Below the pieces are notes generated by a model that was not told the origin of the DNA, searched no databases, and was given only the letters and a program-made list of their open reading frames with translations. A stretch of 63,895 nucleotides of DNA, filler included, from Rhabdomonas costata (taxonomy: Eukaryota), in NCBI GenBank assembly GCA_019059605.1. It is 51 parts of 51 records of this genome, joined end to end, with 100 filler letters (N's around TTAATTAATTAA, not from the genome) between each part and the next. Parts side by side here need not be neighbours in the genome. Positions count along the whole stretch, not along the records: positions 1 to 1,155 come from JAHMHO010025891.1; positions 1,256 to 2,410 come from JAHMHO010025892.1; positions 2,511 to 3,665 come from JAHMHO010025893.1; positions 3,766 to 4,923 come from JAHMHO010025894.1; positions 5,024 to 6,178 come from JAHMHO010025895.1; positions 6,279 to 7,434 come from JAHMHO010025896.1; positions 7,535 to 8,689 come from JAHMHO010025897.1; positions 8,790 to 9,944 come from JAHMHO010025898.1; 43 more parts are not named here. The stretch is one strand, 5' to 3'. This document shows positions 1 to 12,388 of this stretch, in pieces; position 1 is the first letter of the stretch, and each line of letters begins with the position of its first letter. The translations under genes were made by a program, and so were the position numbers.

Positions 1-1155
1 GCTTTATGGGCTCTACATCTTAGCTTAGGTGTGCCTGGCAGCTCTATGGCCGCCCATCCACCCTCCCTCTGCGTAGTTGGTGATTCCTCCATGCTGCTCT
101 TCAGTGGCCTGCCCTTCTCTTTTTGCTGTTCGTCGTAGTTCTTCACTCCATCTTAGGTGCCCTCAACCAGTCCAGCTCACAGCTCACCTTCCAGCTTTCA
201 AAGGTGAAGTGCGCTCAAGGGAGAGGGCGAGTGAGACCTTATACCGCTGTGGGAGGGGTGCGCTTCACTCTGCGGGCCAGTGGAGACTCGGAGACTCGGA
301 GACTCGGAGACTGGTGGTCTCTGCCTTGATACATTTGAATGGGTCATTCATTGGAGATTCGGTGGGTCTTTGGCACCTACGAGATGGCCATTTCTGCGGG
401 AGAGGCAGATGTTGCGCAAAGTTAGAAGAGCCACCGTGGGGCTCTCACCAGCATGCCATTCGGGGAGCCCTGCTGTACATACAGAAACGCAACCCTACGA
501 AAGGGAACTTGGGACACGAGATTCACTTTTCCGCAAGTCGTACACACAATGGATGAGGCTGCGGCAATTTTCTCCCATCGTGGATCATGTTCAATCAAAA
601 TTCCATTTCCATTCCATTTTGTAGAAAATATCCTTTAAACCGCAGACTTGAACCGTTTGGGGGTAAATGCAATATTTTGGAAGGGCGCTGAGTTTTTTAG
701 CATGAGCCTGTCGCGCATTTTTCAGGACTGCCCCACCTTTACCTCTCCGATGTTCAAGAACGCCATCTTCACAACAACTGGAGTGCACGATGTGGTGTGG
801 TTCAGTTTCCTTCTTTGGAACAACCAAATGTCCGAGTGAACGAATTTCTCTTTTTGTAGCCCCAATTAAGCTTCGTGTAGACTCTGTAGCTTCCGGGTGG
901 CACAAGGCACACGACCACTTGTCTCGGAGTCAGCCATCTCCTCGGCGTATTTGAGGCTTTGTCGCCCTTATGTGGTTCCGGGAAGGTCCTTTGGATCTTC
1001 CGGGGTTTTCATACTTCGCCTAGTTTTCTTGTTTTTATTCCGACCAGTGTTTTAAGTGTAGGCTTGCACACCGCTTCGGCCCACAGGGCCCTGATTATTT
1101 TTTACTCATCTTTTCAACTTTTAAAAAAGGAGTATATTGTGTGTGTGTGTGGTGT

Positions 1156-1255
1156 NNNNNNNNNNNNNNNNNNNNNNNNNNNNNNNNNNNNNNNNNNNNT
1201 TAATTAATTAANNNNNNNNNNNNNNNNNNNNNNNNNNNNNNNNNNNNNNNNNNNN
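1156..1255. other. Artificial contig spacer N44-TTAATTAATTAA-N44 (first of 50, recurring about every 1255 nt up to ~62741)
   Basis: Identical 100-nt block with stop codons in all six frames, repeated 50 times. It separates 51 contigs of ~1153-1158 nt whose ends carry low-complexity CA/GT tails. Confidence 0.99.
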
Positions 1256-1546
1256 GTTGTGTTGGAGCAAACGCAACCTGTCATTGTAGCGGGAGCTATG
1301 CTATAGGATCGCAAGCCAAAAGGAATTGCTCCGGCTCTAGATCGGTGTGGAAGGTTTCCTTTTAGCTTGTGATCCTATAGCATAGCTCCCGCTACAATGA
1401 CAGGTTGCGTTTGCTCCTCGCACTGTCTCAAATGCGTCGCTGCGGAACTCATCGCACCGTCGCTCCATAGCTGCAGAATAGACAGAATAGATGGGAAGGC
1501 TTCTCGTCCGTCTATCCGCCGGGACGCTGCAATATCTTTTTCGCAG

Positions 1547-2361
1547 CCCACCCCTGCAATGCCCATGCTCCGCCGTGACGGGAGAGCAGCCGAGCCCTGC
1601 GCGGGTTGGGGCCGAGACCCTGATCTTCATGGACAACTTCACCAACCTGGACCTCTCGATGTGGGAGCACGAGATCACCGCATGGGGAGGCGGGAACTGG
1701 GAGTTCGAGTACTACACCAACAACCGCAGCAACAGCTTTGTGAAGGATGGCGCGCTGCACATCCGACCCACTCTCACCATGGGTGTGCACACCCCCCCCC
1801 TCTAATTCACACACCTTTTCTACTCTGGTGCACTGTAGCACTGAACCCGTCATTTCCGATTTGTTCAAACAGCATGAATGCTCGAAAAACCAGGGTTGAA
1901 GCGCAGCAAAAGGTAAAATGAGGCATTTGAACTGGGTTTTATGTCTTGGAGTTCCTTCCCTGTGAAGCCACGGCTGTTGGAAACCTTGGCAAGCGACGAT
2001 TATTGGCCATTTCCTGGGTGGGTGAAATAAACGGGTCGATGCCGATATGTATGTAGTGTGGGACCCTCGCACACAGGGGGTGGGCGACTGCATCATCCCT
2101 TTGGAGAGGTGACAGTCTTGCCGGCATTCCTGCACATAAAAGAATGGCGGGGGAGGGAGGTTAAGGAGATGTTAAGGGGATTCTAAGGAGATTCTTCTTC
2201 TTACTGACACCCATTCTGCACAAAAATTCACAGACACCCTGGGCGTGGATCCTTCTGTTGGGGGAACGATGCTGGACCTCTACGGCACTACCCCCGCTGA
2301 CGAATGCACCGGCCCCAAGTACTGGGGCTGCCAGCGCACCACCATGGAAGGGAACATTGTC
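1547..2361 (+). CDS. GH16 beta-1,3-glucanase / beta-glucan-binding protein, partial (exons 1547-1782, 2234-~2361)
   Basis: Spliced peptide LIFMDNFTNLDLSMWEHEITAWGGGNWEFEYYTNNRSNSFVKDGALHIRPTLTM-DTLGVDPSVGGTMLDLYGTTPADECTGPKYWGCQRT matches GH16 beta-GRP-type N-terminal motifs (W.HEIT..GGGNWEF.YY.N, C....WGC.R). GT-AG intron 1783-2233 has a TACTGAC branch-like motif near 2202. Truncated by a fold-back. Confidence 0.9.
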
Positions 2362-2510
2362 ACCTCTCCAAAGGGATGATGCAGTCGCCCACCCCCTGTG
2401 TGCGAGGGTCNNNNNNNNNNNNNNNNNNNNNNNNNNNNNNNNNNNNNNNNNNNNTTAATTAATTAANNNNNNNNNNNNNNNNNNNNNNNNNNNNNNNNNN
2501 NNNNNNNNNN

Positions 2511-2552
2511 CTGGGCGGACCGGTGAACATCTCGCTGTGGCGCTTCGATGAG
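2511..2552 (+). CDS. Short exon end of an unidentified gene (LGGPVNISLWRFDE)
   Basis: GC3-rich codons followed by a GAG|GTGTTG donor. No family recognised. Confidence 0.35.
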
Positions 2553-2932
2553 GTGTTGCTGCCTTTGCTTGATTTATTTCTGGGTCTCCGGTGGAGAGCC
2601 TTCCTCAGACACTTGGAAAGGCAACCATTGTGACATTTGTATTTGGGGGAGGGGGGGTTAAACGTTGGACATCGTTAAGTGGACATTTGGGCACTTGGAC
2701 ATTGCGGATCGATTAGGATAACACTAATTTAGGGGAGGAGCCCTCCGCGGCCGGAGCGGACAGATGAGTCGGCCATGACACGCCTCGCAAAAAGTTGACT
2801 TTTGTGGTTAGCGGTGTTAAACGTTTAAAAAGAATTTAACAGAAAAACACCCCCCACCCTATGGGGGGGTTTTGCCACTGAGCCGAGTCACAGTCGGCTG
2901 AACCGGACGAGTGCCATGAAGCTGGTCCAACG

Positions 2933-3660
2933 ATGCCGGAGCCCGCAGTTGCACGGAGCGGCTACTCTGAGCCCTGTGGTTGGGTCGGTCATTTGGCTCT
3001 GCGGAGACCCTTTCGGGGAGGGCAGTGCATATTTTGCCTCCTCCCCGTTCCCCCTTCGATTTCTAGTGACGATTCCGAGGAAGAACGCGGCTTCCTTTCG
3101 TTGTCTATGTTGTTCTTCAGTCATGGTGGTTCCGCGACTGTTGCTGCTGTCTGGTCTGCAAGGTTCAGACAGTGTGTGCTGAATCAGGAAGATGCCTCTG
3201 TATCTGTACTTGATGGCCGTGACAAAGAAGTGGAGGCTGACGATACTAAGATAGGAAGGAAGCAAAAAGGGCTTCATGGTCACGACAAATCAGGGCTGGA
3301 TGATGTCGTCTTTGAGAGGGGATCTGGAATGATCTATCTTAAAACCTTTGATAAACCCTGTTCTGACACTGATGAGCGCAGATTTGGGCCTCCTAACGAG
3401 AATGAACTGGACGCACTGTTTGATCACATTGCCACTGGGTCTATTCTATTCGCGGACAGTCCAAAGACTTACATTGCTCCGGCTAGGCCTGTGGTCTCCA
3501 CTTGAGCTGTGTGGACCATGGTCATGGGGCATGGACCCGAAAAGAGCATATCCCAGGCAAGGCACGGACTGTGAGCACCCAGGGATCCTGGGGAAAGTTG
3601 AAGATTTGGCTGGCTTCCAAAGGTGGTTCCTACACTGATCACGTTTTGGGATACCACACC
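2933..3660 (+). mobile_element. Merlin / IS1595 (ISXO2-like) DDE transposase remnant, frameshifted
   Basis: VEADDTKIGRKQKG...VFERGSG...HIATGSILFADSPKTY in ORF 2933-3505, then in another frame CVDHGHG...TVSTQGSWGKLKIWL..KGG...HVLGY (3502-3660). This follows the IS1595 pattern VE.DE..G.RK / ER.G / I..GS.I.SD...Y / VNH / T..IE..W..LK. Intronless. Confidence 0.8.
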
Positions 3661-4540
3661 ACAAANNNNNNNNNNNNNNNNNNNNNNNNNNNNNNNNNNN
3701 NNNNNNNNNTTAATTAATTAANNNNNNNNNNNNNNNNNNNNNNNNNNNNNNNNNNNNNNNNNNNNGTTGTTGGGGGCTTTCTTTCTTTCTTTATCTGCGA
3801 GCAAGACATTTCTCCTCTCTTTTATCTCATGGGTCCCCAGACTTGTACAGGATTTGCTCGGGGGACCGTTGACCATGACATTCCTCGAAAGGATGCCGGA
3901 GTTGTGCAGTGAGGGTGGAGGGTAGGCATTGGGTACGCTTACGCGTCCCGACCAGCTCTCCGTGCTTTTTCCAGACGACTGTGCACAGATATTCTTTGTC
4001 GATGTCTCATTCGTTTCGGTTCTGACCGTGTTTTCACATACACCCTGCCTGCCGCACCCCTTGGTTAGTTTTCCGCCGAGCGTTGGGACGTGAACCCACT
4101 CGTCCTTCATCCGCTCGGCGTGGTTTCACTTGGGGTGGGGAGGCGTACATACAACGTGGAATTCAGCCGTCCTGTATTGTTGTCCTTTTCCTGTGGATGC
4201 TGTTGGGCATCTTGTTGAGCCCAGACTCAGCAACATCATGCCCATCCTGTTGATTGTTTTTGGGCTTCGATTTTCGTAGCTGTTCCACCAGGTACTCCCT
4301 TTTAGGCTTTCGGCTTTCCTGTGGAGATTTGGTTGTTGTTGTTCGCGAGGGAGCGTTTTGGTGTTCCTTGGATTGCGCTTATTGAGGTTTTCCCAACACT
4401 CCGGCTCCGCCCAGCAGCAGAGAGGCGCTTTGCAACCTGAGAAGCGGCCTGGCATTGGGAGAATACTCGAAAGTCCGCCGCCTTGACAACAGCAATGCCT
4501 CGCGCATGTGGTCCTATGTGCGGGTATTTGTTGTTGCTGT

Positions 4541-4555
4541 GTATGTGTATGCGTA

Positions 4556-4610
<55 letters not shown>

Positions 4611-4616
4611 GTGTGT
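4541..4616 (+). repeat. (GTATGT)n microsatellite
   Basis: About 12 tandem GTATGT units, directly visible. Confidence 0.95.
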
Positions 4617-7600
4617 GTTTCCGATGCCGCTGTAGGGTGAAGCGGTTGCCCGATATGGAGCCCTCCCTGCTTCCTCTGCTCGTTCTCCGCGGCATTCATG
4701 GGAAGGGTTGCCAGTGGCGCAGTGGGCGTCACACCCAAACGTGTTAGTGGGACGGGAGGTCGGTCGAGGGAGTGTGGGTGGTTCACCCCCGGTCGCGTCA
4801 TGGTGCTGTACCTGTGTTGAATGAATAATTGGGGCAGCCATTGTTGCTTTCCTTTTTCTCTCACCGAATTCCCTTACTAGTTTGGGGCCTAGGTCCTTCA
4901 TTGCTGAAATTGCTCTTTCAGGTNNNNNNNNNNNNNNNNNNNNNNNNNNNNNNNNNNNNNNNNNNNNTTAATTAATTAANNNNNNNNNNNNNNNNNNNNN
5001 NNNNNNNNNNNNNNNNNNNNNNNGTTGTTTTTGGACCGGGAAACCGACTGCCCGTGACGCCTTCGACTGTTGCTGACATGTGTAGGTTCCGCTTCGTTGA
5101 GGAAGTCTCCCCCGTTGCTTCACTGTTTTCCAATTCTTGCAAGCACTTGCATAGCAACGCGAAAGCAACCACCACACTAGAAAAGCACTTGTGCAAAGAA
5201 GACATGGGTTCTACGTCAGGAGCTGCCCATAATTATACCCCCCCCCCGCAACCTTCGCACGCAAAACTCCAACTGCAGACTGACACCATCGGCGCCCCAC
5301 CAAGCTGGTGCCAGTGGCGCTGCTCAGACGAGCAGAGCCTGCCGGTGATGAAAACGGCTTGTGAGCATAAGAGCAGATGTGCCTAACGAAGAACGCACAA
5401 CCTTTCAGTCCGGGAAGTAACCAATCCTGCTTGCTGTCAAAATCGTTCCGCCGATCAGGCAATGACAAAGGCAGGGAAAAAAAGCACGGGGAGTGAAAAT
5501 TGCACGCGCAAGCACGCGGTATGAGAATCCACAAAGGAGGAAGAAATGGAAGTGGAGTGCGGGCCCATTTTCAACAGCTCACGATGCGTGAGCACACAAT
5601 TCACCCGAGTTTCCACAAAAGCGGGAAAGGGTGATGTCCCGTCTTCAAACAAAGGGGGCCGATGGTATGCACTGCCTGCGAGAACAGCGAGCAACTGAAC
5701 CTGACGAGTCTCCGGACTCATGAAGAAGAAAAGCAAGGCAAGAGGGCAGAACGCTCTCAAGGTGAATCGCACATCTCACACGCATGCAACCCCGCTCATG
5801 CAGCATCCACAGGAAAAAAGGGGGGAAGCTCTGGGAGTCCGAAAAAAGAGGCCGGGCCGGTATATAAAGCCTCGATCCGCCTATGGTCCCTGGACATATC
5901 GGCGGGAATGCTAGGAAAGGCACAGCTGCGCAGGAAACACTTTGAAAGAAAAAAGAGGAAAGAGGGGAAGATACGCATCACTCGAAATCACTCGAAAGAG
6001 TTCTGTTTGCACAAGTATGATAGTCCTGGACAAGTGCAGTCGCAAAGGACAATGTGGCCACTCTCCATCAACCCGTCAAAATGAAGCCAAATCGTTGCTG
6101 CATGTCAACAAGGCCCTGCACTACTCCTGTGCAAATGAGTCTAGAGGTAGCACTTGCCTTCTTGCAAACCCAACACCCNNNNNNNNNNNNNNNNNNNNNN
6201 NNNNNNNNNNNNNNNNNNNNNNTTAATTAATTAANNNNNNNNNNNNNNNNNNNNNNNNNNNNNNNNNNNNNNNNNNNNCCGTGGTGGATTGTGGGAGGTG
6301 CAGGGCTCCGCCCCGCGGGCGGGCTCCAACGATGCGGCGACGGCGGCGGTTGCGGCCGCGACGTTGACGGGGGCTACGATCGCCTTGATTGCGAGAAAAT
6401 CGGCGGGAAGGCGTACCGGTCCGTTTGGGTGGGTTGTGTATATATGGGGGTGGTCAGGGATACGTGTGGTGGTTTGCGTGCATGTGTGGTTTTTCGAAGT
6501 TTTTTCGAAGGTGGCTAACTCCTAAGTGCAAATGTTTCAGTTCAGTGCATGCGCCCCTTTGCTGCTGCGCTGGTTCCAGTGGGGAGTCTCTCACTCTCAC
6601 TTTCCGGGGGGGGTTTGGTATCGGGCAGTCTTTTTCAGGCCATTGAGCTCGATTGTCTTCAGCTGAAGCATTGCATGTCTTTTGCCCGCCAGTGGTTTTT
6701 ATCATGTCCACGGCCTCCATTCACTCATTTGAAACCTCCTTCCTCTGTCCTCTGTCCTCTTTCTGGTAACGTGCCATCCGCTACTCCCTAATTAGTCATT
6801 TTTGCCTCCTTGACCTCACCTGAGATGAGCACGGTGCTTGAGAGTAGCGCTGTGGCAAAGGGTGTTGTTGTTGCGAACGCACAGGATTTCCATACATGCC
6901 TGAGCAGTGGGAGGGCTTCGAGCCCCACAACCTTGAGAGCCAAGCCTCACCCCACAAAGGTCCGCCACTCTACTTCTCCTCCCTTTTTTCCCCATCCCCT
7001 CAGCATAGGTGAGCCATGCACAAAAGCGCTTTTCATCGAAAAGTCTATGGATCCATGATGTGTCAGGATAGTTCTTGGTGCATGATGGTCAGGCAGGCCA
7101 CAGCCGTTTTCACCGTAGCAAACTCATCCTTCATTCCATTGCTATGGACGAACGCAGGGGTGTCCAGTTTCTTTTTTACGATTTCAAACATTCATAGTAA
7201 TATAGCAGGCTACACCGTAAACTGAGAGTTTTTCACCGCGGCACATCACAGGATACCGCGAAGGACCACCGGCATAAATATGGGCAAAAAAGACTTCTGT
7301 TCGCAATTTCAAAAAAAAAAAACACTGGGAGAAGAAGAACTTGAGAAAACTGATGGGGATGTCAGGGCCCGGCCCTGCAATGCTGACACCGCAACGTATT
7401 GGTTTGCTGGAGTGGTACCATGGCTGCCCTTTTCNNNNNNNNNNNNNNNNNNNNNNNNNNNNNNNNNNNNNNNNNNNNTTAATTAATTAANNNNNNNNNN
7501 NNNNNNNNNNNNNNNNNNNNNNNNNNNNNNNNNNTGTTTAGGGAGAGGTTTCCCCGCCGGTGTGGGGCTTTCTTCGTTTGCACTGATAGGGGCGGTGGTG

Positions 7601-7961
7601 TCCAGTGGGTGCTCAAGTGACATGCAGGGGTATATTACGCATCAAGCTGTTGAATCGGTGTTGCATTTAGCGCCATTTTCCTTAACTCATTTAAGCTGCA
7701 AAACTGCCTGGGTAGGGATGCTTTTTGAATAATACCGGTGATAGCCCCGCCTCTTTCTCAAAGAAAAGTGTCAGCACAAACAAGAAACCTCGAATCAAAA
7801 ACAGGAAAAAGAAAACATCTGCAACTGAACTCTTTTCTTCGACCCCGGCCTCATCTTCATCATTATCTGGAATGATAAGAGTGGAGGTGAGTTCTTCCGT
7901 CTTGGCATTGGAAGTGGACCGTTTCAAGGCAAGAACGATCAGAGCTTCCCCCGTCCCTCAG

Positions 7962-8109
7962 GCACTTCACTGTGCCCCTGCGGTGGGTGGCGATTGTGCT
8001 GCTGTGCACGTTCACTGTGGTACCCGCCGTGTCACTGTGGCTCGCCTCGTGGAGAACCGGGCAGGGCGCCCTGGCCACGGTGCAGGACCTGGCACAATCC
8101 TCTCTGGAG
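7962..8109 (+). CDS. Exon encoding an N-terminal transmembrane helix plus amphipathic helix of a probable receptor-type signalling protein
   Basis: CAG|G CAC...GAG|GTGACC. Peptide HFTVPLRWVAIVLLCTFTVVPAVSLWLASWRTGQGALATVQDLAQSSLE shows the basic-then-hydrophobic TM1 pattern that precedes Cache domains. Confidence 0.6.
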
Positions 8110-9356
8110 GTGACCCCTCCGGCCTACCCCACCCCTAGTAAACGTTCAGTTTCAATCAGAATGCCAAAACGTTCGGTTTTTTCTTAAGCTTCAATTTCTT
8201 ACCTGGAAAATTACGACCAAAGCCACTTTCCACACAGTAGCGATGTTGTCTCTTTTTGACTTTTCCATGTGCCAGTCGCTCCATATATTTGGCCCTCCCC
8301 GCGCTTTGCACGACCAGCCCCGAGCCGAACGTCGGTCGCCTACGGTTCGCTCCGCCCTCCTCGGGGTACCCATCCCGTAACCTTTGTACACCTTTGACCG
8401 GGAATCTCCAGCTGCGCCATTTATGTATACATATGTTGACACATATGCAGACACTGGGATCGGAGTGAGGATGGGCGTTTCTGAAAAGAATACATGTAAG
8501 TTTGCAAAGGAGTAGTTATGTGAGGGAAAGATGGAGTGGGGTTCCAAATATTTTCTTAGTGAGTCAGGAGGCATTGCACGACCAATGGCACAAGAGTCAC
8601 TAAGAAAATATTTGGAACCCCACTCCATCTTTCCCTCACATAACTACTCCTTTGCAAACTTACATGTATTCTTTTCAGAAACCCCCACCNNNNNNNNNNN
8701 NNNNNNNNNNNNNNNNNNNNNNNNNNNNNNNNNTTAATTAATTAANNNNNNNNNNNNNNNNNNNNNNNNNNNNNNNNNNNNNNNNNNNNTTGTGGTGTGG
8801 TAAGCCCGTTATGCTCAGGCAGCGAAGCCGCAGAAGCAGCTCGTTGAGAGCTGAGACAAGAAAGCATGTGTCCCGTGAGATGACCCGCATGTAACAACGC
8901 CAAGACCTGACAGCCCGGGACAATGCTGCAGCTGCGACAGGAGGGTCAAGATGAGCTGAACCGGTGTTGTCACAAAAAACACGCTGACGCTTACTACGCG
9001 TTCAGTGAAGAGAAGCTCCCCCAATGGGTCACAAGGGGTGAGTATACACGAAGCCTCATGAATTATAGCATCCACATGAGTGAGGTGCACTAGAGTGCTC
9101 CACCGCTGATTCACCAGACACAAAGGATGGCCTCAGTAATTGCTGAAAGCAGGAAGCAGCGCATCGGCAGAAAGAATGTCCATCAGCAAGTAAAATATGA
9201 CCAGAGCAATATCAATCACAAATAGCTGTTCATCGCACAAAACAGACTGGATGCAGTTGATTCGCAATCTCACAAAAGCTATATCACCCCGCACCGCAAA
9301 ACTACATGCTTTCATTCCCTTGCTCATTTGACCGAAAAATTGGATCAGACTCACCG

Positions 9357-9684
9357 AGGTCAAGGTGAGAGTGGAGGGAGACTGATGGGAAGAAAAAGGA
9401 AAGGGAAAGCATAAGCATGATATAGCGGAGAACCCGTTCAGGGTACCCGTTCAGGGCGAATTCAGAATAGCCTGAGAGTGAACCACCGAAAACGAACCAA
9501 CAATGAATTTGCGTACAAGTGCAAGCATAATTCTCACCCTTATTATTAAGACAAGGCTTTGGGAAATAACCTGTAGACAAAGTGTGTGCAGCACAGAAGA
9601 TTCCCCACATCTCCAAAACCATTGTGGTATGAAGTGACCCGCACAAATAAGTGACTGTTATTGAGGACAGACCAAAAAGCAATC
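9357..9684 (-). CDS. Probable exons of a hydrophobic membrane protein (unidentified)
   Basis: LLFGLSSITVTYLCGSLHTTMVLEMWGIFCAAHTLST G|GTTATT...CAG|GC YSEFALNGYPERVLRYIMLMLSLSFFFPSVSLHSHLDL G|GTGAGT. Phases are compatible. No homology recognised. Confidence 0.35.
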
Positions 9685-10055
9685 TGGGTCAATGTTGCGG
9701 CAGCAAACATTCGAATTACAATCCCGTAATTATAGAGCAACCGCGTTTCATTGGAATAAACACTATCCTTGAGCTGTGCCATTCGGATACAAACAGGTAA
9801 TGGATAATGGCTGGTCAAACCCTAGGTTGCCCATTTTTATGATCGAATTGACCCCTGTCCCTGCCAACAAACATAAGCTCAAACTGTGCCCTGTTGCCAT
9901 TCCGCAACCCCGCCCCACCCCGATGTCGACCCCACAGCTCAGTCNNNNNNNNNNNNNNNNNNNNNNNNNNNNNNNNNNNNNNNNNNNNTTAATTAATTAA
10001 NNNNNNNNNNNNNNNNNNNNNNNNNNNNNNNNNNNNNNNNNNNNGGTGTTGGGTG

Positions 10056-10225
10056 GCTCAAATCTGCTGCTGGCTAAGGGGCGGACGAGTATGACAGGAA
10101 TAATTTAGGGGCAAAGGCCATCGGAGGCCAGTCCGCGCCGCGGCCGGAGCGTGCGGCTGGTGCGGGGACGTGACCTGCGAGCCCTTTAACAATTTTTCAA
10201 AACATGCTCCCACAGTAAAAATCGT
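10056..10225 (+). repeat. Dispersed repeat family 1, copy A
   Basis: Aligns by eye with 25275-25445: GCTCAAA..TGCTGGCTAAGG..GGGCGGAYGAGTA..TTAGGGG..GGAGGCCWGTCCGCGSCGCGGCCGGAGCGKGCRGYTGGKGCGGG..ACGTGACCTG. Confidence 0.85.
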
Positions 10226-11299
10226 GGCCGTGTTGGGCACCGCCAGAGGCTCGATGGGAGGGCTGGTGACTCATCGTCTCTCTTTGGGTGAGGAATGTGA
10301 AAATGAGTGGTGGCGCAGGAGGTCGGGTCCTGCTAGAGCCGGATCCTTGATGATGACGCTCTCTCAATTAAGTGTTACCACTGGTATCCGTTACGACAAA
10401 AGGATGTAGAGCACCCCTTTTTCGCTTCTGGCAATTGTCTGCTTGCTGCGCTTGTTGTGGCACCCTCTCTGCAGGTCCGCGTGTGCCGAGGAAACTCCAG
10501 CAAGGCCACCGCTGTGGCTGTGGAGGGGCAGGACCTCAACGATGTGCTGCTGAAGCCGGCCATCGCGGTTGCGGATGAAACCCTGCAGCCAGCCTCCCTG
10601 GGGATTTAATTCCTGTCAGGCTTTCCTTCTTTCTCACTGGCGATGCGTTCTCCCCCTTCCACTCCTTTCTCCTCCTAAGGTACGTGCCAGGTGTATCTCT
10701 TTCTCCGATCCGGCGTCATTTGTGCGGTTTTGCGTGATAAATTCGTGACATCTATTTTCGCATAAAGTTAGACTTTGTCTTCGTACTCTGGGAAACCTGA
10801 TAGGGTGCGATTGGTCCGCTTTAGTCTCGTGGTGAGATCATAGATGGTGTGCCAGGGGTGGTTTACCTTTTACGTTCTGAGTCAGAGACCCAAGACACTG
10901 AGTGTCCTTCAACCGTCAGTAACGTAGCGCTTTTTTAGTTAAAGCTGGTACAGCGTATCAGAGAATGTGGGATGCCGAAAAAATGTGACGTAGGGGTGTT
11001 ATGTCGCGAAACCCTTGCACCAAAAGTAGTGGGGCAAATTCCGGTGACCGTCCGCAGCCATATTACAACCGTATGCGCTCAAGCCTGTTTTACAATCCGG
11101 TCGTGCACAATCCTGAGACAGCATACTTGAGTGCAAAAACCACATGCCCATGCCATCACCGGCCACTGGCTAATTTCAAACTTGTGTACCCCCCCAACAN
11201 NNNNNNNNNNNNNNNNNNNNNNNNNNNNNNNNNNNNNNNNNNNTTAATTAATTAANNNNNNNNNNNNNNNNNNNNNNNNNNNNNNNNNNNNNNNNNNNN

Positions 11300-12388
11300 G
11301 TGCTGCGGGACACCACATCCCTTGATCTCCGGCAAACGGAGTGCGTGGAGGCGGTCATCTCCAACGGGGGCTCCATGCTATCGCTAATCAACGACATTCT
11401 GGTACCTCACTGCCTGTGCCTTTTCCCTCTTCAATCGGTATCCTTGTGGCATCTTTCGCATCTCGTGTGCAGTATTGCGATGGAAGTTGCTGCGAGGTAT
11501 GGGTGGCGGTGTTGGGCGGTAGATTTTTTCTGGAGGGCCGTTTATTTAACACACGCACCGCCGCCCCTCTCCGCGCGGTGCGTGGGCTGTGGGCTCAGGA
11601 CTTTAGCAAGCTGGAGGCGGACCGGCTGGAGCTGGAGTTCGCGGCGTTCAGCCTGAGGGAGGTGGTGGAGCAGGCCGCGACGACGGTGCAGGTGAAGGCG
11701 GAGGAGAGGGGCCTGCAGCTTGTGGTGCGGGTGAGCCCTGAGGTTCCGCGGCAGTGTGTGGGGGACGCGACTCGGCTGAAGCGGGTTCTGCTGAACCTGC
11801 TGAGCAATGGCACGTGTGCGTAGGTTGTGTGTGTGCTTCATTGTGTGAGTCCTGTGGTTGTGCGTGTAAAGCTGAGGCGTCCATGTCCCGGGGGGTAGAG
11901 CTGGTTGGGTTGGGGCCAAAGTTGTCGTCAGCATAACGGCTATTCGACACCAGCCTTTTAGACGGTCGTACGGATTTGAGTTGTGGTTTGTGTGCATGCG
12001 TGTTTGGTCGCGTTTATTCATAATCATGTTTGTGCTTTGCTGTCATTTTGTGTTTCGTTTGTTTTTCGTTTCTGTTTCTCTCTCGCAGTTTTGTTCTTTA
12101 TGCGCCAGCCTTTGTATTTTTCTCCCCTACTGGCAACTCGATGGAGGACCTACCTTTGCACCTATGTACATACCTCGTTTCTAGGCAACTCCCTATTCCT
12201 TTGTGAAGTTGTCTTGTGTGGATGTTTTACGGATGCTTCTCCTACCTTACGTTGGCACTGATTTGGTATTACTGTGAGGCATTGGTACTCTCTCCCTTCG
12301 TGAAGTTTTCTATGATTGTGACACACACATATATTCGTGTTTGGCAGCGGTGAAGTTCACCCACGAGGGCACGGTGAGCATCACCTGC
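11300..12388 (+). CDS. Histidine kinase (HisKA C-terminal helix plus HATPase N-box), partial; exons 11300-11401, 11599-11809, 12348-~12388
   Basis: Spliced ...[33 protein letters not shown]...[32 protein letters not shown] carries the hybrid His-kinase motifs [10 protein letters not shown].E and GD..[13 protein letters not shown]..G. Intron 1 is GT-AG and intron 2 is GC-AG. Confidence 0.95.

Noticed and set aside
4126-4901. Long His-Thr / His-Ile / Tyr-Val repeat ORFs
   Set aside because: These are translations of a (GTATGT)n microsatellite, with no splice or homology support.
8477-8682. Long hairpin as a MITE or miRNA precursor
   Set aside because: One arm ends at the contig edge and follows the same pattern as ten other terminal fold-backs, so it is most likely an artefact.
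11300-12388. Bacterial contamination as the source of the two-component genes
   Set aside because: Conserved motifs are interrupted by spliceosomal-type introns, and codon style matches the other host exons.
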